A stretch of 64,000 nt of DNA from an uncultured Candidatus Saccharibacteria bacterium (GTDB taxonomy: Bacteria; Patescibacteriota; Minisyncoccia; Phycocordibacterales; DATDWN01): positions 4,535 to 68,534 of the forward strand of contig CAZKCA010000003.1 of assembly GCA_964551495.1 (NCBI GenBank), in the 5' to 3' direction. Below are positions 19,325 to 28,671 of this stretch, in pieces. The notes beneath the pieces were generated by a model, which was not told the DNA's origin, made no database searches, and saw nothing but the letters and a program-made list of their open reading frames with translations. A program made the translations under genes and the position numbers. The first letter of the stretch is position 1. The number at the start of each line of letters is the position of its first letter.

Positions 19325-20326
19325 TTACAACAAAGAGGGATTGTTTTTACCTAAATGTTTATAACCCAAGTCTGTTATTATTCTTCCTCTAGGTGTTCTC
19401 TCTAAGAAACCAAGTTGGATTAAGTATGGTTCATTAAACTCTTCAATAGTTGCTTGTTCTTCAGACATGGCTGCTGCCAATGTATTTAGTCCTACAGGTC
19501 CACCACCAAATTTGTTTATTATGGTTAGCATTATTTCTCTATCAGAAGGAGAAAGACCACATTCATCTATACCAAGCATAGAAAGAGCGCTAGAAACAGA
19601 TTCTTTATCTAGTTCTTTTTTGTGTACTTGAGCATAGTCTCTACATCTTTTTATAAAATAGTTGGCTGTTCTCGGGGTAAATCTGCTTCTTTTTGCAATT
19701 TCTTCACTGGCTTCAGAAGAAAGTTCTATTCCTAAAATTTTTGCAGACCTTGTAATTATTTTCTGTATCTCTTTGTTTGTATAAAAATCTAACTTGAAAA
19801 CTCCACCAGAAAACCTAGATCTCAGAGGAGAGGAGAGCATAGCTATTCTTGTGGTAGCCCCTATCAATGTAAAAGGAGGAAGTTCTAGTTGGATTGTTCT
19901 GGCACTTGGACCTTTTCCGATAATAATATCCAACGAACCAGATTCCATAGCAGGGTATAAAACTTCTTCAATGGTTTTATTTAATCTGTGTATTTCGTCT
20001 ATAAAAAGTATATCTCCAGAGGAAAGATTTGTAAGAATAGAGGCAAGGTCGCCAACTTTTTCAATGGCTGGTCCAGATGTAACTTTCATTTGAGTTCCAA
20101 TTTCTTTTGAAATAAGGTGGGCTAAGGTTGTTTTACCTAAACCTGGTGGGCCATAAAAAAGTATATGTTCTGGGGGATGCTGCCTTTCTTTTGCTGCTGT
20201 AAGTAGAATATGAAGATTATTTTTTATGTTTTCTTGACCTATATATTCATCCCATCTAGATGGTCTAAGGGTTGTATCTAAAAAAAGAGAGTCTTTTTCA
20301 ATTATATTTTCATCCAGTTTGCTCAT
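19325..20326 (-). CDS. ruvB: Holliday junction branch-migration helicase RuvB
   Basis: LRPSRWDEYIGQE... Walker A GPPGLGKTTLA, and the RuvB C-terminal winged helix. Confidence 0.95.
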   Translation of the reverse strand: MSKLDENIIEKDSLFLDTTLRPSRWDEYIGQENIKNNLHILLTAAKERQHPPEHILFYGPPGLGKTTLAHLISKEIGTQMKVTSGPAIEKVGDLASILTNLSSGDILFIDEIHRLNKTIEEVLYPAMESGSLDIIIGKGPSARTIQLELPPFTLIGATTRIAMLSSPLRSRFSGGVFKLDFYTNKEIQKIITRSAKILGIELSSEASEEIAKRSRFTPRTANYFIKRCRDYAQVHKKELDKESVSSALSMLGIDECGLSPSDREIMLTIINKFGGGPVGLNTLAAAMSEEQATIEEFNEPYLIQLGFLERTPRGRIITDLGYKHLGKNNPSLL

Positions 20327-20421
20327 ATATCGTTAATTATACTAAAAAAACTGTGGTCCTAGTAGTAGATCAAAAAATGACTACAAATTTCAATAGGTTT
20401 CAAGCTTTGCTTTGACACCCA

Positions 20422-20700
20422 TTGACATAAAAAGTTTTTTATGCTAAACTACCGATGCTGTTGAAAAAAGTAGTTTTTTTAGTATTATCATATGGTTCCA
20501 AAATATAAATCTCTAAGCAACTAAGCTTTTGGCTTACGAGTGTTTCTACGAGGACGTTCTGGTTATTACTTTGTGTAATATGCTGGAGCCATCCTTTGTA
20601 AAATACTTAGCTTTTGGTATTGAGTATTGAAAGTGTTGCTTAGAGATTTATGTCTTGGAACAAAAATCTCTCGTCTTTGGATGAGAGATTTTTGTTTCTC
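20422..20700 (+). ncRNA. candidate small structured RNA (unknown class) with a sigma70-like promoter and intrinsic terminator
   Basis: TTGACA (20422-20427), a 17-nt spacer, then TAAACT. A perfect 15-bp long-range stem joins 20507-20521 to 20634-20648. The terminator hairpin at 20661-20694 is followed by a T-run. The region lies between the ruvB start and the pilB stop and has no ORF. Confidence 0.35.
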
Positions 20701-20787
20701 TCATACATACTATTATTCACAACAACTTTTCTTTAGCAAGAGTTTTTTGCATTAGAACCTTAAAAAAAATATATGGCAACATTTATT

Positions 20788-22479
20788 TTATGATTCTAAA
20801 TCTAACACCCTCTCTATTTCTTCTATCGTTGTTACTCCAGATAGTACTTTTAATACTCCATCTTGAGATAATGTAGGAATATTTTGATCCATTGATGCTT
20901 TTTTTATTTCTCTTTCAGAAGGGTTTTCTTTAACAGCCTCTTCAATTTTTTCATCCATTAGTATTGCTTCATAAAGTCCAATCCTACCTTTAAATCCAGT
21001 GAAGTTACATTTTTCACAACCAACTTTTTCCCATTTTTTATTAACATCTAATCCTTCTAGATAAGTTTTATCTTTAAAGGTTCCCAATATTGAATCAACT
21101 ATAACTTTTTCTCTCTCTTCCAAAACAGATTCTTTTTTACAATGAGGACAAAGTTTTCTAACAAGTCTTTGGGCCATAGCCATATTTACAGCAGAAGAAA
21201 TAATTTTTGGATTAACCCCAAGATCAATAAGTCTAGGAAATGTTCCTGCGGCGTTGTTTGTGTGCAAAGTAGAAAACACCAAGTGTCCTGTTAAGGCAGA
21301 GTTTATAGCAATCTCTGCAGTTTCACCGTCTCTTATTTCACCAACCATTATTACATCAGGGTCTTGTCTTAGGGCGCTTCTAAGTCCTTCACTAAAGTTA
21401 TAGTTTTTTGCTTCGTCGGTTTGGGTCTGAACTATTCCAGGTAAATGGTATTCAATAGGATTTTCTATGGTTATTATTTTTACTTCTGTTGTGTGGACTT
21501 TTTTTAGAAATGCATAAAGTGTAGTAGTTTTACCAGAACCAGTAGGTCCTGTGTTTAAAATCATTCCATTGGGCCTTCTTATTTCTTTCATTATAATCTG
21601 AAGCAGTCTAGGATGAATTCCTAAATTTTCTAATTCAACAGAAATAGAATTAGGGTTTAAGACCCTCATAACAACTGATTCGTTGTATGCTCCCGGTATA
21701 GAAGATGTTCTTATTTCAATTTCAGTATCTTTTATTTTTATACTAAATCTCCCATCTTGTGATCCTTTAACATTTATCTTCAAATTTGAAATAAGTTTTA
21801 TACGAGAAAGTAAGAGCTTGTATGTGTTTAAATCAAACTCCAAAATATCAGTTAGGATTCCATCTAATCTATAACGAAGTCTAACGTAATCTTCTTCTGG
21901 TTCTAAATGAATATCGGAAGCGTTTACGGAAATAGCTCCAGCTAGAATAATTTCAAGAATTCTAGATATTCTGTAGCTTTTTTTCATATGCAAAACTTCT
22001 CCTATAAGGTTTTGTACATCAGTAATAGTGTTTACTTGAGATAAAAATTCATTTATTTGATCGTTTGAAATATCTAGGGCACCAGATTTTGTTTCAAATG
22101 AATAAGAAAGGTCTTTGTACCTATCCCAAACTTTGTTTAGGCTAGCATGAGAAACCATGTAAAGTTCTGGTGTATATCCTTTTAATTTAATTTTCTCTAA
22201 AAATTCTTTTGTCTTAGGGTTGTTTGGTGACAATACTCCTATGCTTGCAATTTTATTAATTTCATTAAATACAGCAAGTTGTCCTTCTCTTGATTCTATT
22301 TCGGAGATAATTCTTAACGCATCTATGTTTATAGGTGTAACAGTAAGATCTAAATAGGGGATACCATATTTACTTGCTAATATTTGAGCTAAATCTTCTT
22401 CTTCTTTTTTTCTCAGCTCATCTATTTTTTTCTTTTGCTTGTCTTCATCAAAAGTAATCATAAAAATATTGTAACACAC
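20788..22479 (-). CDS. pilB: type IV pilus assembly ATPase PilB / GspE family
   Basis: GspE N-domain, Walker A GPTGSGKTTTLYA, Asp/His boxes, and a C-terminal tetracysteine motif (CPHC...CEKC). Confidence 0.85.
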   Translation of the reverse strand: MCYNIFMITFDEDKQKKKIDELRKKEEEDLAQILASKYGIPYLDLTVTPINIDALRIISEIESREGQLAVFNEINKIASIGVLSPNNPKTKEFLEKIKLKGYTPELYMVSHASLNKVWDRYKDLSYSFETKSGALDISNDQINEFLSQVNTITDVQNLIGEVLHMKKSYRISRILEIILAGAISVNASDIHLEPEEDYVRLRYRLDGILTDILEFDLNTYKLLLSRIKLISNLKINVKGSQDGRFSIKIKDTEIEIRTSSIPGAYNESVVMRVLNPNSISVELENLGIHPRLLQIIMKEIRRPNGMILNTGPTGSGKTTTLYAFLKKVHTTEVKIITIENPIEYHLPGIVQTQTDEAKNYNFSEGLRSALRQDPDVIMVGEIRDGETAEIAINSALTGHLVFSTLHTNNAAGTFPRLIDLGVNPKIISSAVNMAMAQRLVRKLCPHCKKESVLEEREKVIVDSILGTFKDKTYLEGLDVNKKWEKVGCEKCNFTGFKGRIGLYEAILMDEKIEEAVKENPSEREIKKASMDQNIPTLSQDGVLKVLSGVTTIEEIERVLDLES

Positions 22480-22554
22480 AAAACCAATTCAAAGTTGTTA
22501 AAAACTTTGAAAATAACCCTGTAGTATATTTATGAAATAAATTCACTACATGGG

Positions 22555-22584
22555 TTGACAAAATGACATCAAATATGCTATAAT
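22555..22584 (+). promoter_or_regulatory. canonical sigma70 promoter upstream of the GC-rich secreted-protein gene
   Basis: TTGACA (22555-22560), an 18-nt spacer, and TATAAT (22579-22584). A strong RBS GGTAGGAGGTG precedes the ATG at 22603. Confidence 0.6.
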
Positions 22585-22602
22585 ATAGGTAGGAGGTGCA
22601 AG

Positions 22603-23364
22603 ATGCATCTGTTCATTAAAAACTTGATTGTGGTGCTCTTCTGCGCCACCGCGATTTTTTCCACTTTGGCTCAAGAGAGCCGAGTGGAAGGTTGGACTGT
22701 TCCTGCACAGGCCGAGCCTGTGGCCGAGCTTTCTCAGGAGGCACCGGTTCAGGAAACCAAAAAGGTTTCCGAACCGCCAGATAAAAAAGTTGAAGATCCT
22801 CTTATGGATCTCAAAACTGAAGTTTCAGCCAGAGCTGAAACTCTTAGAGAGATTGAGGAGAAGAAAAAGAAACTCGAGGCTTACAAGAAGTCTCTTTCTC
22901 CTCTTGAAAAGAAAGCTCTCAAGCAAATTAGAGAGCAGGAGGAGAACGAGCAAAAGAGAGAGCAAAGGATTCTGCAGGCTCGTCGTGAGTCCAACCTTTC
23001 TGGGTGTCAAAACCCAGAAGAAGTTTGGGTTAATGATGATTTCGCCGATATGAGAACTTGGCGTGTAAACGCTAGGGTTCTTGTGGCCAATGTCAGTGGT
23101 GTTCCAATTGACATCACTGTTGGTGGGATTCCGGCGGTGCGAAATCTTTGTCCAGGAGGCTCTCTGACCCTTACTAGAAGTCTAAATACTTGGAGAGATG
23201 GGAACAATCCTAGGATTATTTTCTCTGCCCAAGGCACCCTGGATGATGGTAGGGTTGGCACTGCCGAAAAAAGTGTCTTCCTGAATGTCTGGCAGGCTCA
23301 ATGGCAGTTGAGTCGCCAGGAGGCGTGGAACATCTGTTTGCGAGGAAGCAGATGTTCTAACTAA
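22603..23364 (+). CDS. secreted protein of unknown function (compositional outlier, about 48% GC)
   Basis: Signal peptide MHLFIKNLIVVLFCATAIFSTLAQE, a charged coiled-coil middle, and a Cys-containing C-terminal domain. It is flanked by a strong promoter and terminator. Confidence 0.65.
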   Translation: MHLFIKNLIVVLFCATAIFSTLAQESRVEGWTVPAQAEPVAELSQEAPVQETKKVSEPPDKKVEDPLMDLKTEVSARAETLREIEEKKKKLEAYKKSLSPLEKKALKQIREQEENEQKREQRILQARRESNLSGCQNPEEVWVNDDFADMRTWRVNARVLVANVSGVPIDITVGGIPAVRNLCPGGSLTLTRSLNTWRDGNNPRIIFSAQGTLDDGRVGTAEKSVFLNVWQAQWQLSRQEAWNICLRGSRCSN

Positions 23365-23384
23365 ATTTTTTGTTCGGCCCCTCG

Positions 23385-23425
23385 CAAGGCAAACCCCCAG
23401 CGCTACATGCGTTGGGGGTATTTTT
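23385..23425 (+). terminator. intrinsic terminator
   Basis: CCCCCAGCGCTACATGCGTTGGGGG followed by TATTTTTTTG. Confidence 0.7.
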
Positions 23426-23878
23426 TTGTTAGAATTCCAAAGTATGAACTACAAAACATCTAATCCAGAAGAAAATGAAAAGATTGTTTCAGAATTTTTA
23501 GAAAAACTTAGACCAAAGGATGATGGTGCAACAATCCTTGGTCTTTATGGTGATCTTGGTTCTGGTAAAACAACTTTTACTAAAAGTTTGGCAAAAGTTT
23601 TGGGTGTAGAAGCGGTTGTTATAAGCCCAACTTTTGTAATAGAAAAGATTTATTCTCTAGAAAATAAACCATTTAAACATCTTATACACATAGATGCATA
23701 CAGAATAGAAAAATCTGAAGAAATGTTAAGGCTTGGTTGGCAAAAAATAGTTTCCGATAAAGAAAATCTAATTGTTGTAGAGTGGCCAGAGAGGATTTTT
23801 GATATTTTAGGTGATCATATAAAGATAAAATTTGACCATATTGGAGATAATGAGCGAGAAATAGAAATAGACCTTTAG
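23426..23878 (+). CDS. tsaE: tRNA threonylcarbamoyladenosine biosynthesis protein TsaE (YjeE ATPase)
   Basis: P-loop LYGDLGSGKTTFTKSLAKVLGV and a length of about 150 aa are typical of TsaE. Confidence 0.75.
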   Translation: MLEFQSMNYKTSNPEENEKIVSEFLEKLRPKDDGATILGLYGDLGSGKTTFTKSLAKVLGVEAVVISPTFVIEKIYSLENKPFKHLIHIDAYRIEKSEEMLRLGWQKIVSDKENLIVVEWPERIFDILGDHIKIKFDHIGDNEREIEIDL

Positions 23879-23893
23879 TGATATAATTTATAT

Positions 23894-26242
23894 ATGGCAA
23901 AAGAAAAGAATCAAAAAGTAGCCCTACTCGATGTTCACGCTATACTTCACAGGGCATACCATGCTTTACCGGATTTTAAATCTAGTAAAGGAGAACCGAC
24001 AGGAGCTTTGTATGGTCTTTGTACTTTTTTGATAAAACTAATTAAAGATGTGGAGCCAGATTATATTTTGGCTTGTTTTGATCTACCTGAAAAAACAGAA
24101 AGACATGAAATGTATGAAGATTATAAAGCTGGTAGAAAAAAAGCTGATGACGAACTTGTTTTTCAATTAGAAAAATCGAAAGAAGTTTTTGAAGCTCTAA
24201 GTATTCCAATGTTTTCTTCTAAAGGTTTTGAGGCTGATGATATGCTTGGAACAATAGTTGAGCAGATGAAGGATAAAGATTATGACATCATAATTGCTTC
24301 GGGGGACATGGATACAATGCAACTTGTTTCTGGTAAAAAAGTAAGAGTTTATACTTTGAAAAAAGGCATCAAAGATACTGTTATATATGATGAGGATGCT
24401 GTTATTGAAAGGTTTGGTTTTGAACCAAAATATTTGGCTGATTTTAAAGGACTAAGAGGTGATCCTTCTGACAATATTGTTGGTATTTCAGGTATTGGAG
24501 AAAAAACAGCAACAGAGCTTATTGTAAAGTTTGGAAGTCTAGAGGATATTTATAAAAAACTAAAAACAAGTGAAGAAATTTTTATAAAAGCAGGAATTAA
24601 AAAAAGAACAGTAGATCTTTTGAAAGATGGAGAAGAAGAGGCGATGTTTTCAAAGATGTTAGCAACAATAAGACGTGATGCTCCTATTTTTGTTTCCTTA
24701 AATGATCATAGGTGGAGTAAAGATGTTTCTATGGATAAGGTAGAAACCTTGTTTAGAGAGCTAGAGTTCAAAACTCTTGGTCAAAAATTGGCCGAGGTTT
24801 TGTCTATAAAAATAGAGTCAAAAAATAATATAGAAGAAAAAGCTGAAGATATAGAAGAGACCAAACTGCTTCTCTGGATTATAGATTCAAATAAAACCAA
24901 TCCTTCTGTTTCAGATATTTATTCTTATACACATAAAGACAATTTAACAGAGGCTAAAAAAGTTTTAGAGAAGATAATAAAAGATCAAAACCTTGAATTT
25001 GTTTTGGATCAAATAGAAAAACCACTTATGCCAATAACAAAAGAAATGAAAGATATTGGTGTAAAAATAGATACGGTTGGTTTAAAAGATCTATCAAATA
25101 AATATCATAAAAAATTATCTGAGTTAGAGAAGAAAATATGGAAGTTGGCAGGAGAAGAGTTTAATATAAATTCTCCAAAACAGTTAGGGGAAATTTTGTT
25201 TGTTAAATTAGGTTTGAAGGTAAAAAATCAAAAGAAAACAGCTGGAGGTAGTTTTTCCACTAAAGAATCAGAACTTGAAAAACTAAAAGAGGAACATAAA
25301 ATTGCTGAATACATTTTAGAATATAGAGAATTAGCTAAACTTTTAGGTACATATATAGACACCATTCCTACTCAAGTAGATGATAAAGGTAGACTGCATG
25401 CAGATTTTATCCAAACAGGGTCTACTACTGGTAGAATGGCTTCTAGTAATCCAAATTTACAAAATATTCCAAATAAAACAGATTTGGGAAGGGAAATAAG
25501 AAAATCTTTTGTAACAGAAAAAGGATGGAAACTTGTTTCTTTTGATTATTCTCAAATAGAACTTCGTATTGCCGCTTTCCTTTCGGGTGATAAAAAGTTG
25601 ATCGAAATTTTTAATAAAGGAGAAGATATTCATACAGCTGTTGCCTCTGAAGTTTTTGGTGTTAACAAAGAGCAAGTTACAAAAGAAATGAGAAGTCATG
25701 CTAAGGTCATAAATTTTGGGGTTATGTATGGTATGGGTGTTTTGGCTTTGAAACAAAATCTAGGAACCTCTAAAGAGGAAGCTCAAGAATTTTTAGATGG
25801 TTACTTTAATAAATTTAATGGTTTGGCAGAATATTTAGAAAATATAAAAAGAGAAACCGCTCAAAGGGGTTATACCGAAACTTTTTTTGGTCGCAGAAGG
25901 TATTTTCCAGAGATTAGATCAAAACTTCCTTTTATGAAAGCCTCTGCTGAAAGAATGGCTATAAATGCACCAATACAAGGAACAGAAGCAGATATTATAA
26001 AACTAGCTATGGTAAAAGTAGATAATTTTTTGAAGCAAAAAAATTTAAAAAACGAAGTTCGTCTTTTATTGCAAGTTCATGATGAGTTGGTTTATGAGAT
26101 AAAAGATAATATTGTTACAGCTGTTGCTTCTGAGGTTAAGAATATTATGGAATCCATAATAGATCCAAAAAAGACCCACGGTGTTGTTTGTGTTGCAGAG
26201 GCTTCTTTTGGTGATAATTGGGCAGAGATGGAAAAAATATGA
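23894..26242 (+). CDS. polA: DNA polymerase I (5'-3' exonuclease plus polymerase domains)
   Basis: N-terminal FEN-like domain, family A polymerase motif A (region DYSQIELR), motif B (KVINFGVMYGMG) and motif C (LLQVHDELVYE). Confidence 0.9.
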   Translation: MAKEKNQKVALLDVHAILHRAYHALPDFKSSKGEPTGALYGLCTFLIKLIKDVEPDYILACFDLPEKTERHEMYEDYKAGRKKADDELVFQLEKSKEVFEALSIPMFSSKGFEADDMLGTIVEQMKDKDYDIIIASGDMDTMQLVSGKKVRVYTLKKGIKDTVIYDEDAVIERFGFEPKYLADFKGLRGDPSDNIVGISGIGEKTATELIVKFGSLEDIYKKLKTSEEIFIKAGIKKRTVDLLKDGEEEAMFSKMLATIRRDAPIFVSLNDHRWSKDVSMDKVETLFRELEFKTLGQKLAEVLSIKIESKNNIEEKAEDIEETKLLLWIIDSNKTNPSVSDIYSYTHKDNLTEAKKVLEKIIKDQNLEFVLDQIEKPLMPITKEMKDIGVKIDTVGLKDLSNKYHKKLSELEKKIWKLAGEEFNINSPKQLGEILFVKLGLKVKNQKKTAGGSFSTKESELEKLKEEHKIAEYILEYRELAKLLGTYIDTIPTQVDDKGRLHADFIQTGSTTGRMASSNPNLQNIPNKTDLGREIRKSFVTEKGWKLVSFDYSQIELRIAAFLSGDKKLIEIFNKGEDIHTAVASEVFGVNKEQVTKEMRSHAKVINFGVMYGMGVLALKQNLGTSKEEAQEFLDGYFNKFNGLAEYLENIKRETAQRGYTETFFGRRRYFPEIRSKLPFMKASAERMAINAPIQGTEADIIKLAMVKVDNFLKQKNLKNEVRLLLQVHDELVYEIKDNIVTAVASEVKNIMESIIDPKKTHGVVCVAEASFGDNWAEMEKI

Positions 26243-26952
26243 TTTATTTTTTGTATGGTAATGATAAATTTTCTTCCAGAAAAAAGATGCACAGCATCTT
26301 GGATGCTTTGTGTAAAAAAAGACCTGATGCCGAAATATTTAAAATAAATACTGAAAATTTTGATTATTCTAAATTCGAGGAACTCATTTTTTCCCAAGGG
26401 CTTTTTGATTCAAAGTATATAGTAGTAACAGATAATTTGTTTGAAGATAAAAATATAAAAGATTTTTTTATTGAAAAATTACCATTTATCAAAGACTCTG
26501 CCAATGTTTTTGTTTCTTTGGAGAGCAAAGTGGATGTAAAAAGTTTAAAAGATATAGAAAAATATTCAGAAAAAGTCCAGGAATTCTCTACCAAAGAAGA
26601 TGGTAAAAAATTTTTTAATGTGTTTGGGATAACTGATGGTATTTTAGAAAAAGACAAAAAAAGACTTTGGATTGATTATTTGAAAACAATACAAGAAGGT
26701 ATCCCTTCGGAAGAGTTGCATGGTATTATATTTTGGCAAGTAAAAAATATGGCCATTGTTTCAAAAGTTGACAGTCAAAAAGATTGTGATTTGACTCCTT
26801 ATCAATATAAAAATGCTTTATCTGGAAGTAGAAACTATAAAGATCAGGATATAGAAAGGATGATGTCGGATTTGGTTTCTATGACCCACAAAGTCAGGTC
26901 TGGCGAAGGGGATTTAGATATTATGCTAGAGAAGTGGATTTTAGGTTTGTAA
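26239..26952 (+). CDS. holA: DNA polymerase III delta subunit-like (HolA-like)
   Basis: N-terminal MIYFLYGNDKFSSRKK resembles the delta-subunit start (IYLLYGEDEFL). Position after polA. Weak. Confidence 0.4.
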   Translation: MIYFLYGNDKFSSRKKMHSILDALCKKRPDAEIFKINTENFDYSKFEELIFSQGLFDSKYIVVTDNLFEDKNIKDFFIEKLPFIKDSANVFVSLESKVDVKSLKDIEKYSEKVQEFSTKEDGKKFFNVFGITDGILEKDKKRLWIDYLKTIQEGIPSEELHGIIFWQVKNMAIVSKVDSQKDCDLTPYQYKNALSGSRNYKDQDIERMMSDLVSMTHKVRSGEGDLDIMLEKWILGL

Positions 26953-26982
26953 AAGACCCGTGTTAAGCGGGTCTTGTTTCTT
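26951..26982 (+). terminator. intrinsic terminator
   Basis: AAGACCCGTGTTAAGCGGGTCTTGTTTCTTC. Confidence 0.65.
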
Positions 26983-27457
26983 CTCCAACCATGAATTGGA
27001 TTGCCTTTTTGCCAACCGCTTTTACAATAAGCGGTGTGCTGAAGATCATTCCAATCAGGATCAGTCCTGCAAATTTCAGGTATTTTTTGGTCACGAAATC
27101 CTCCAAGTAAATGTTTACATATTTTAGAGAGAGAGTAAAGATAGGGTATGAAAGAAAAAATTGGTAGGATATCTTGTGGTCACAAATAAATTTCTGCTGA
27201 AATTTTTCGCGACCCCGGCTCGGCCCGTCGGCCTGCGCCTCGCACCAGTAAACAAAAACAGCAGGACTTCGACCCTTACAGGGTCAGTACCCCAATTGGA
27301 TATTTTTGTTCAAAATTTGTGTGTCCTGGATAATTTTCTCACCGACGTTCGAAAATTTCCTCGGACCCTGACCTCGCGACCAGTCGTGCCCGACTGGTGC
27401 CCGCTCCGGTCCGCACACGTAAACAAAAACAGCATAATATGCTGTTTTTGAATCGTG

Positions 27458-27530
27458 TGCGCCCGGCAGGAATCGAACCTGCGACCATCTCCTTAAAAGG
27501 GAGCTGCTCTACCGACTGAGCTACGGGCGC
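27458..27530 (-). tRNA. tRNA-Lys (anticodon TTT)
   Basis: Full cloverleaf on the minus strand. Acceptor GCGCCCG/CGGGCGC, anticodon loop CTTTTAA, T-loop GGTTCGATTCC. A downstream hairpin plus T-run terminator sits at about 27425-27450. Confidence 0.9.
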
Positions 27531-27802
27531 AAAATGCTTTAGAAAATCAAACTACTTTAATTTTCTATTACTTCTGCGGGTCACAGCCATGTTTTGCTAC
27601 CAAGCAAAACAGGCGAGGTGAGAAGTGATATTATCACTTCGCAAGACCTTGAACACCTGTAATCAGGTGGGGAAGGTATACCGCACATGTAATTTTGGGT
27701 CGTGGAAATTTTCTTGTGACGACAAGAAAATTATCCCTGACCAAAATTACTATAAATATTAACTCTAAGAAATATACCAAATAAAAACAAATTGTCCAAT
27801 AA

Positions 27803-28144
27803 TTATAGAGGTAAATCAAAAGCTAAAAATCCTGGACCGGTGAAGAGCAGTGAAAATAGGACTGTGATAATCAAAAAATAAATATAGAAGTTTGGCTTTT
27901 CTCCACTTTTTTTATTTATATAGTAATCTACTTTTGCTAAAACTATTGCTACAAGAACAGCCACTTGTGTAAATAGCCCAATAAAAATAAACATACTTGT
28001 TATTATGTAAAATACAGATAACCATTTGTATGGTTTTTTTAATCTCTCTAATCCATATTTTAATCCAACAACAGAAACTGCAATTCTTATTAAAAAAGGC
28101 GATAGTATCCCAAAAGTTAGCAGATCTGGAAATATTGAAAGCAT
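27803..28144 (-). CDS. small integral membrane protein (hypothetical)
   Basis: Three predicted TM helices. Confidence 0.4.
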   Translation of the reverse strand: MLSIFPDLLTFGILSPFLIRIAVSVVGLKYGLERLKKPYKWLSVFYIITSMFIFIGLFTQVAVLVAIVLAKVDYYINKKSGEKPNFYIYFLIITVLFSLLFTGPGFLAFDLPL

Positions 28145-28197
28145 AAAGACATTTTAATTGGTTTTTTATATATAATCAATATGTTATAGTCATTTTT

Positions 28198-28671
28198 ATG
28201 AAAAAAGAGGTATTTGTTTTGCTTCACAACATAAGAAGCATTCATAATGTTGGTTCTATTTTTAGGACAGCAAGCGCTTTGGGTGTGTCTAAAATATACT
28301 TATCTGGTTTTACTCCTACACCAACAGATCGTTTTGGCAAAAAAAGAAGTGATTTTGCTAAAGTTGCTTTAGGGTCTGAAGAGGTGATTGAATGGAAATA
28401 TGAAGATGATCCAATTAAGCTTTTGAAAAATTTAAAAAAAGAAGGAGTTTGTGTTGTTTCTGTAGAACAAGATAAAAAATCTGTTGATTATAAAAAAATA
28501 AAAATTAAATACCCTGTTGTTTTTATGGTAGGTGAGGAAACAAAAGGGATAGATAAAAATATTTTGAAAATTTCAGATTATATAGCTGAAATACCAATGA
28601 AAGGGAACAAAGAGTCTTTAAATGTTTCTGTGGCTTTTGGGGTGGCTTTGTTTAGGATTTTAGGTCTTTAG
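28198..28671 (+). CDS. SpoU-class tRNA/rRNA 2'-O-methyltransferase (TrmL-like)
   Basis: 157 aa. N-terminal LHNIRSIHNVGSIFRTASALG is the SPOUT motif 1, and the C-terminal motifs are consistent with TrmL/TrmH. Confidence 0.6.
   Translation: MKKEVFVLLHNIRSIHNVGSIFRTASALGVSKIYLSGFTPTPTDRFGKKRSDFAKVALGSEEVIEWKYEDDPIKLLKNLKKEGVCVVSVEQDKKSVDYKKIKIKYPVVFMVGEETKGIDKNILKISDYIAEIPMKGNKESLNVSVAFGVALFRILGL

Noticed and set aside
22628-23261. Alternative-frame ORFs within the GC-rich secreted-protein gene (22628-23053, 22825-23010(-), 23007-23261(-))
   Set aside because: Shadow frames of a higher-GC gene. The frame-1 ORF has a promoter, RBS, signal peptide and terminator.
27161-27451. 96-aa ORF across the GC-rich region beside tRNA-Lys, and the 61-aa ORF at 27634-27819
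   Set aside because: Both overlap structured non-coding sequence and a tRNA terminator. Composition-driven open frames without an RBS.
27540-27770. Bacterial RNase P RNA, SRP RNA or tmRNA in the tRNA-Lys upstream structured region
   Set aside because: Only partial resemblance to RNase P P11/P12 motifs. The conserved P4 strands, SRP domain IV and the tmRNA tag/TLD motifs were not found by eye. Left as an open finding rather than a feature.
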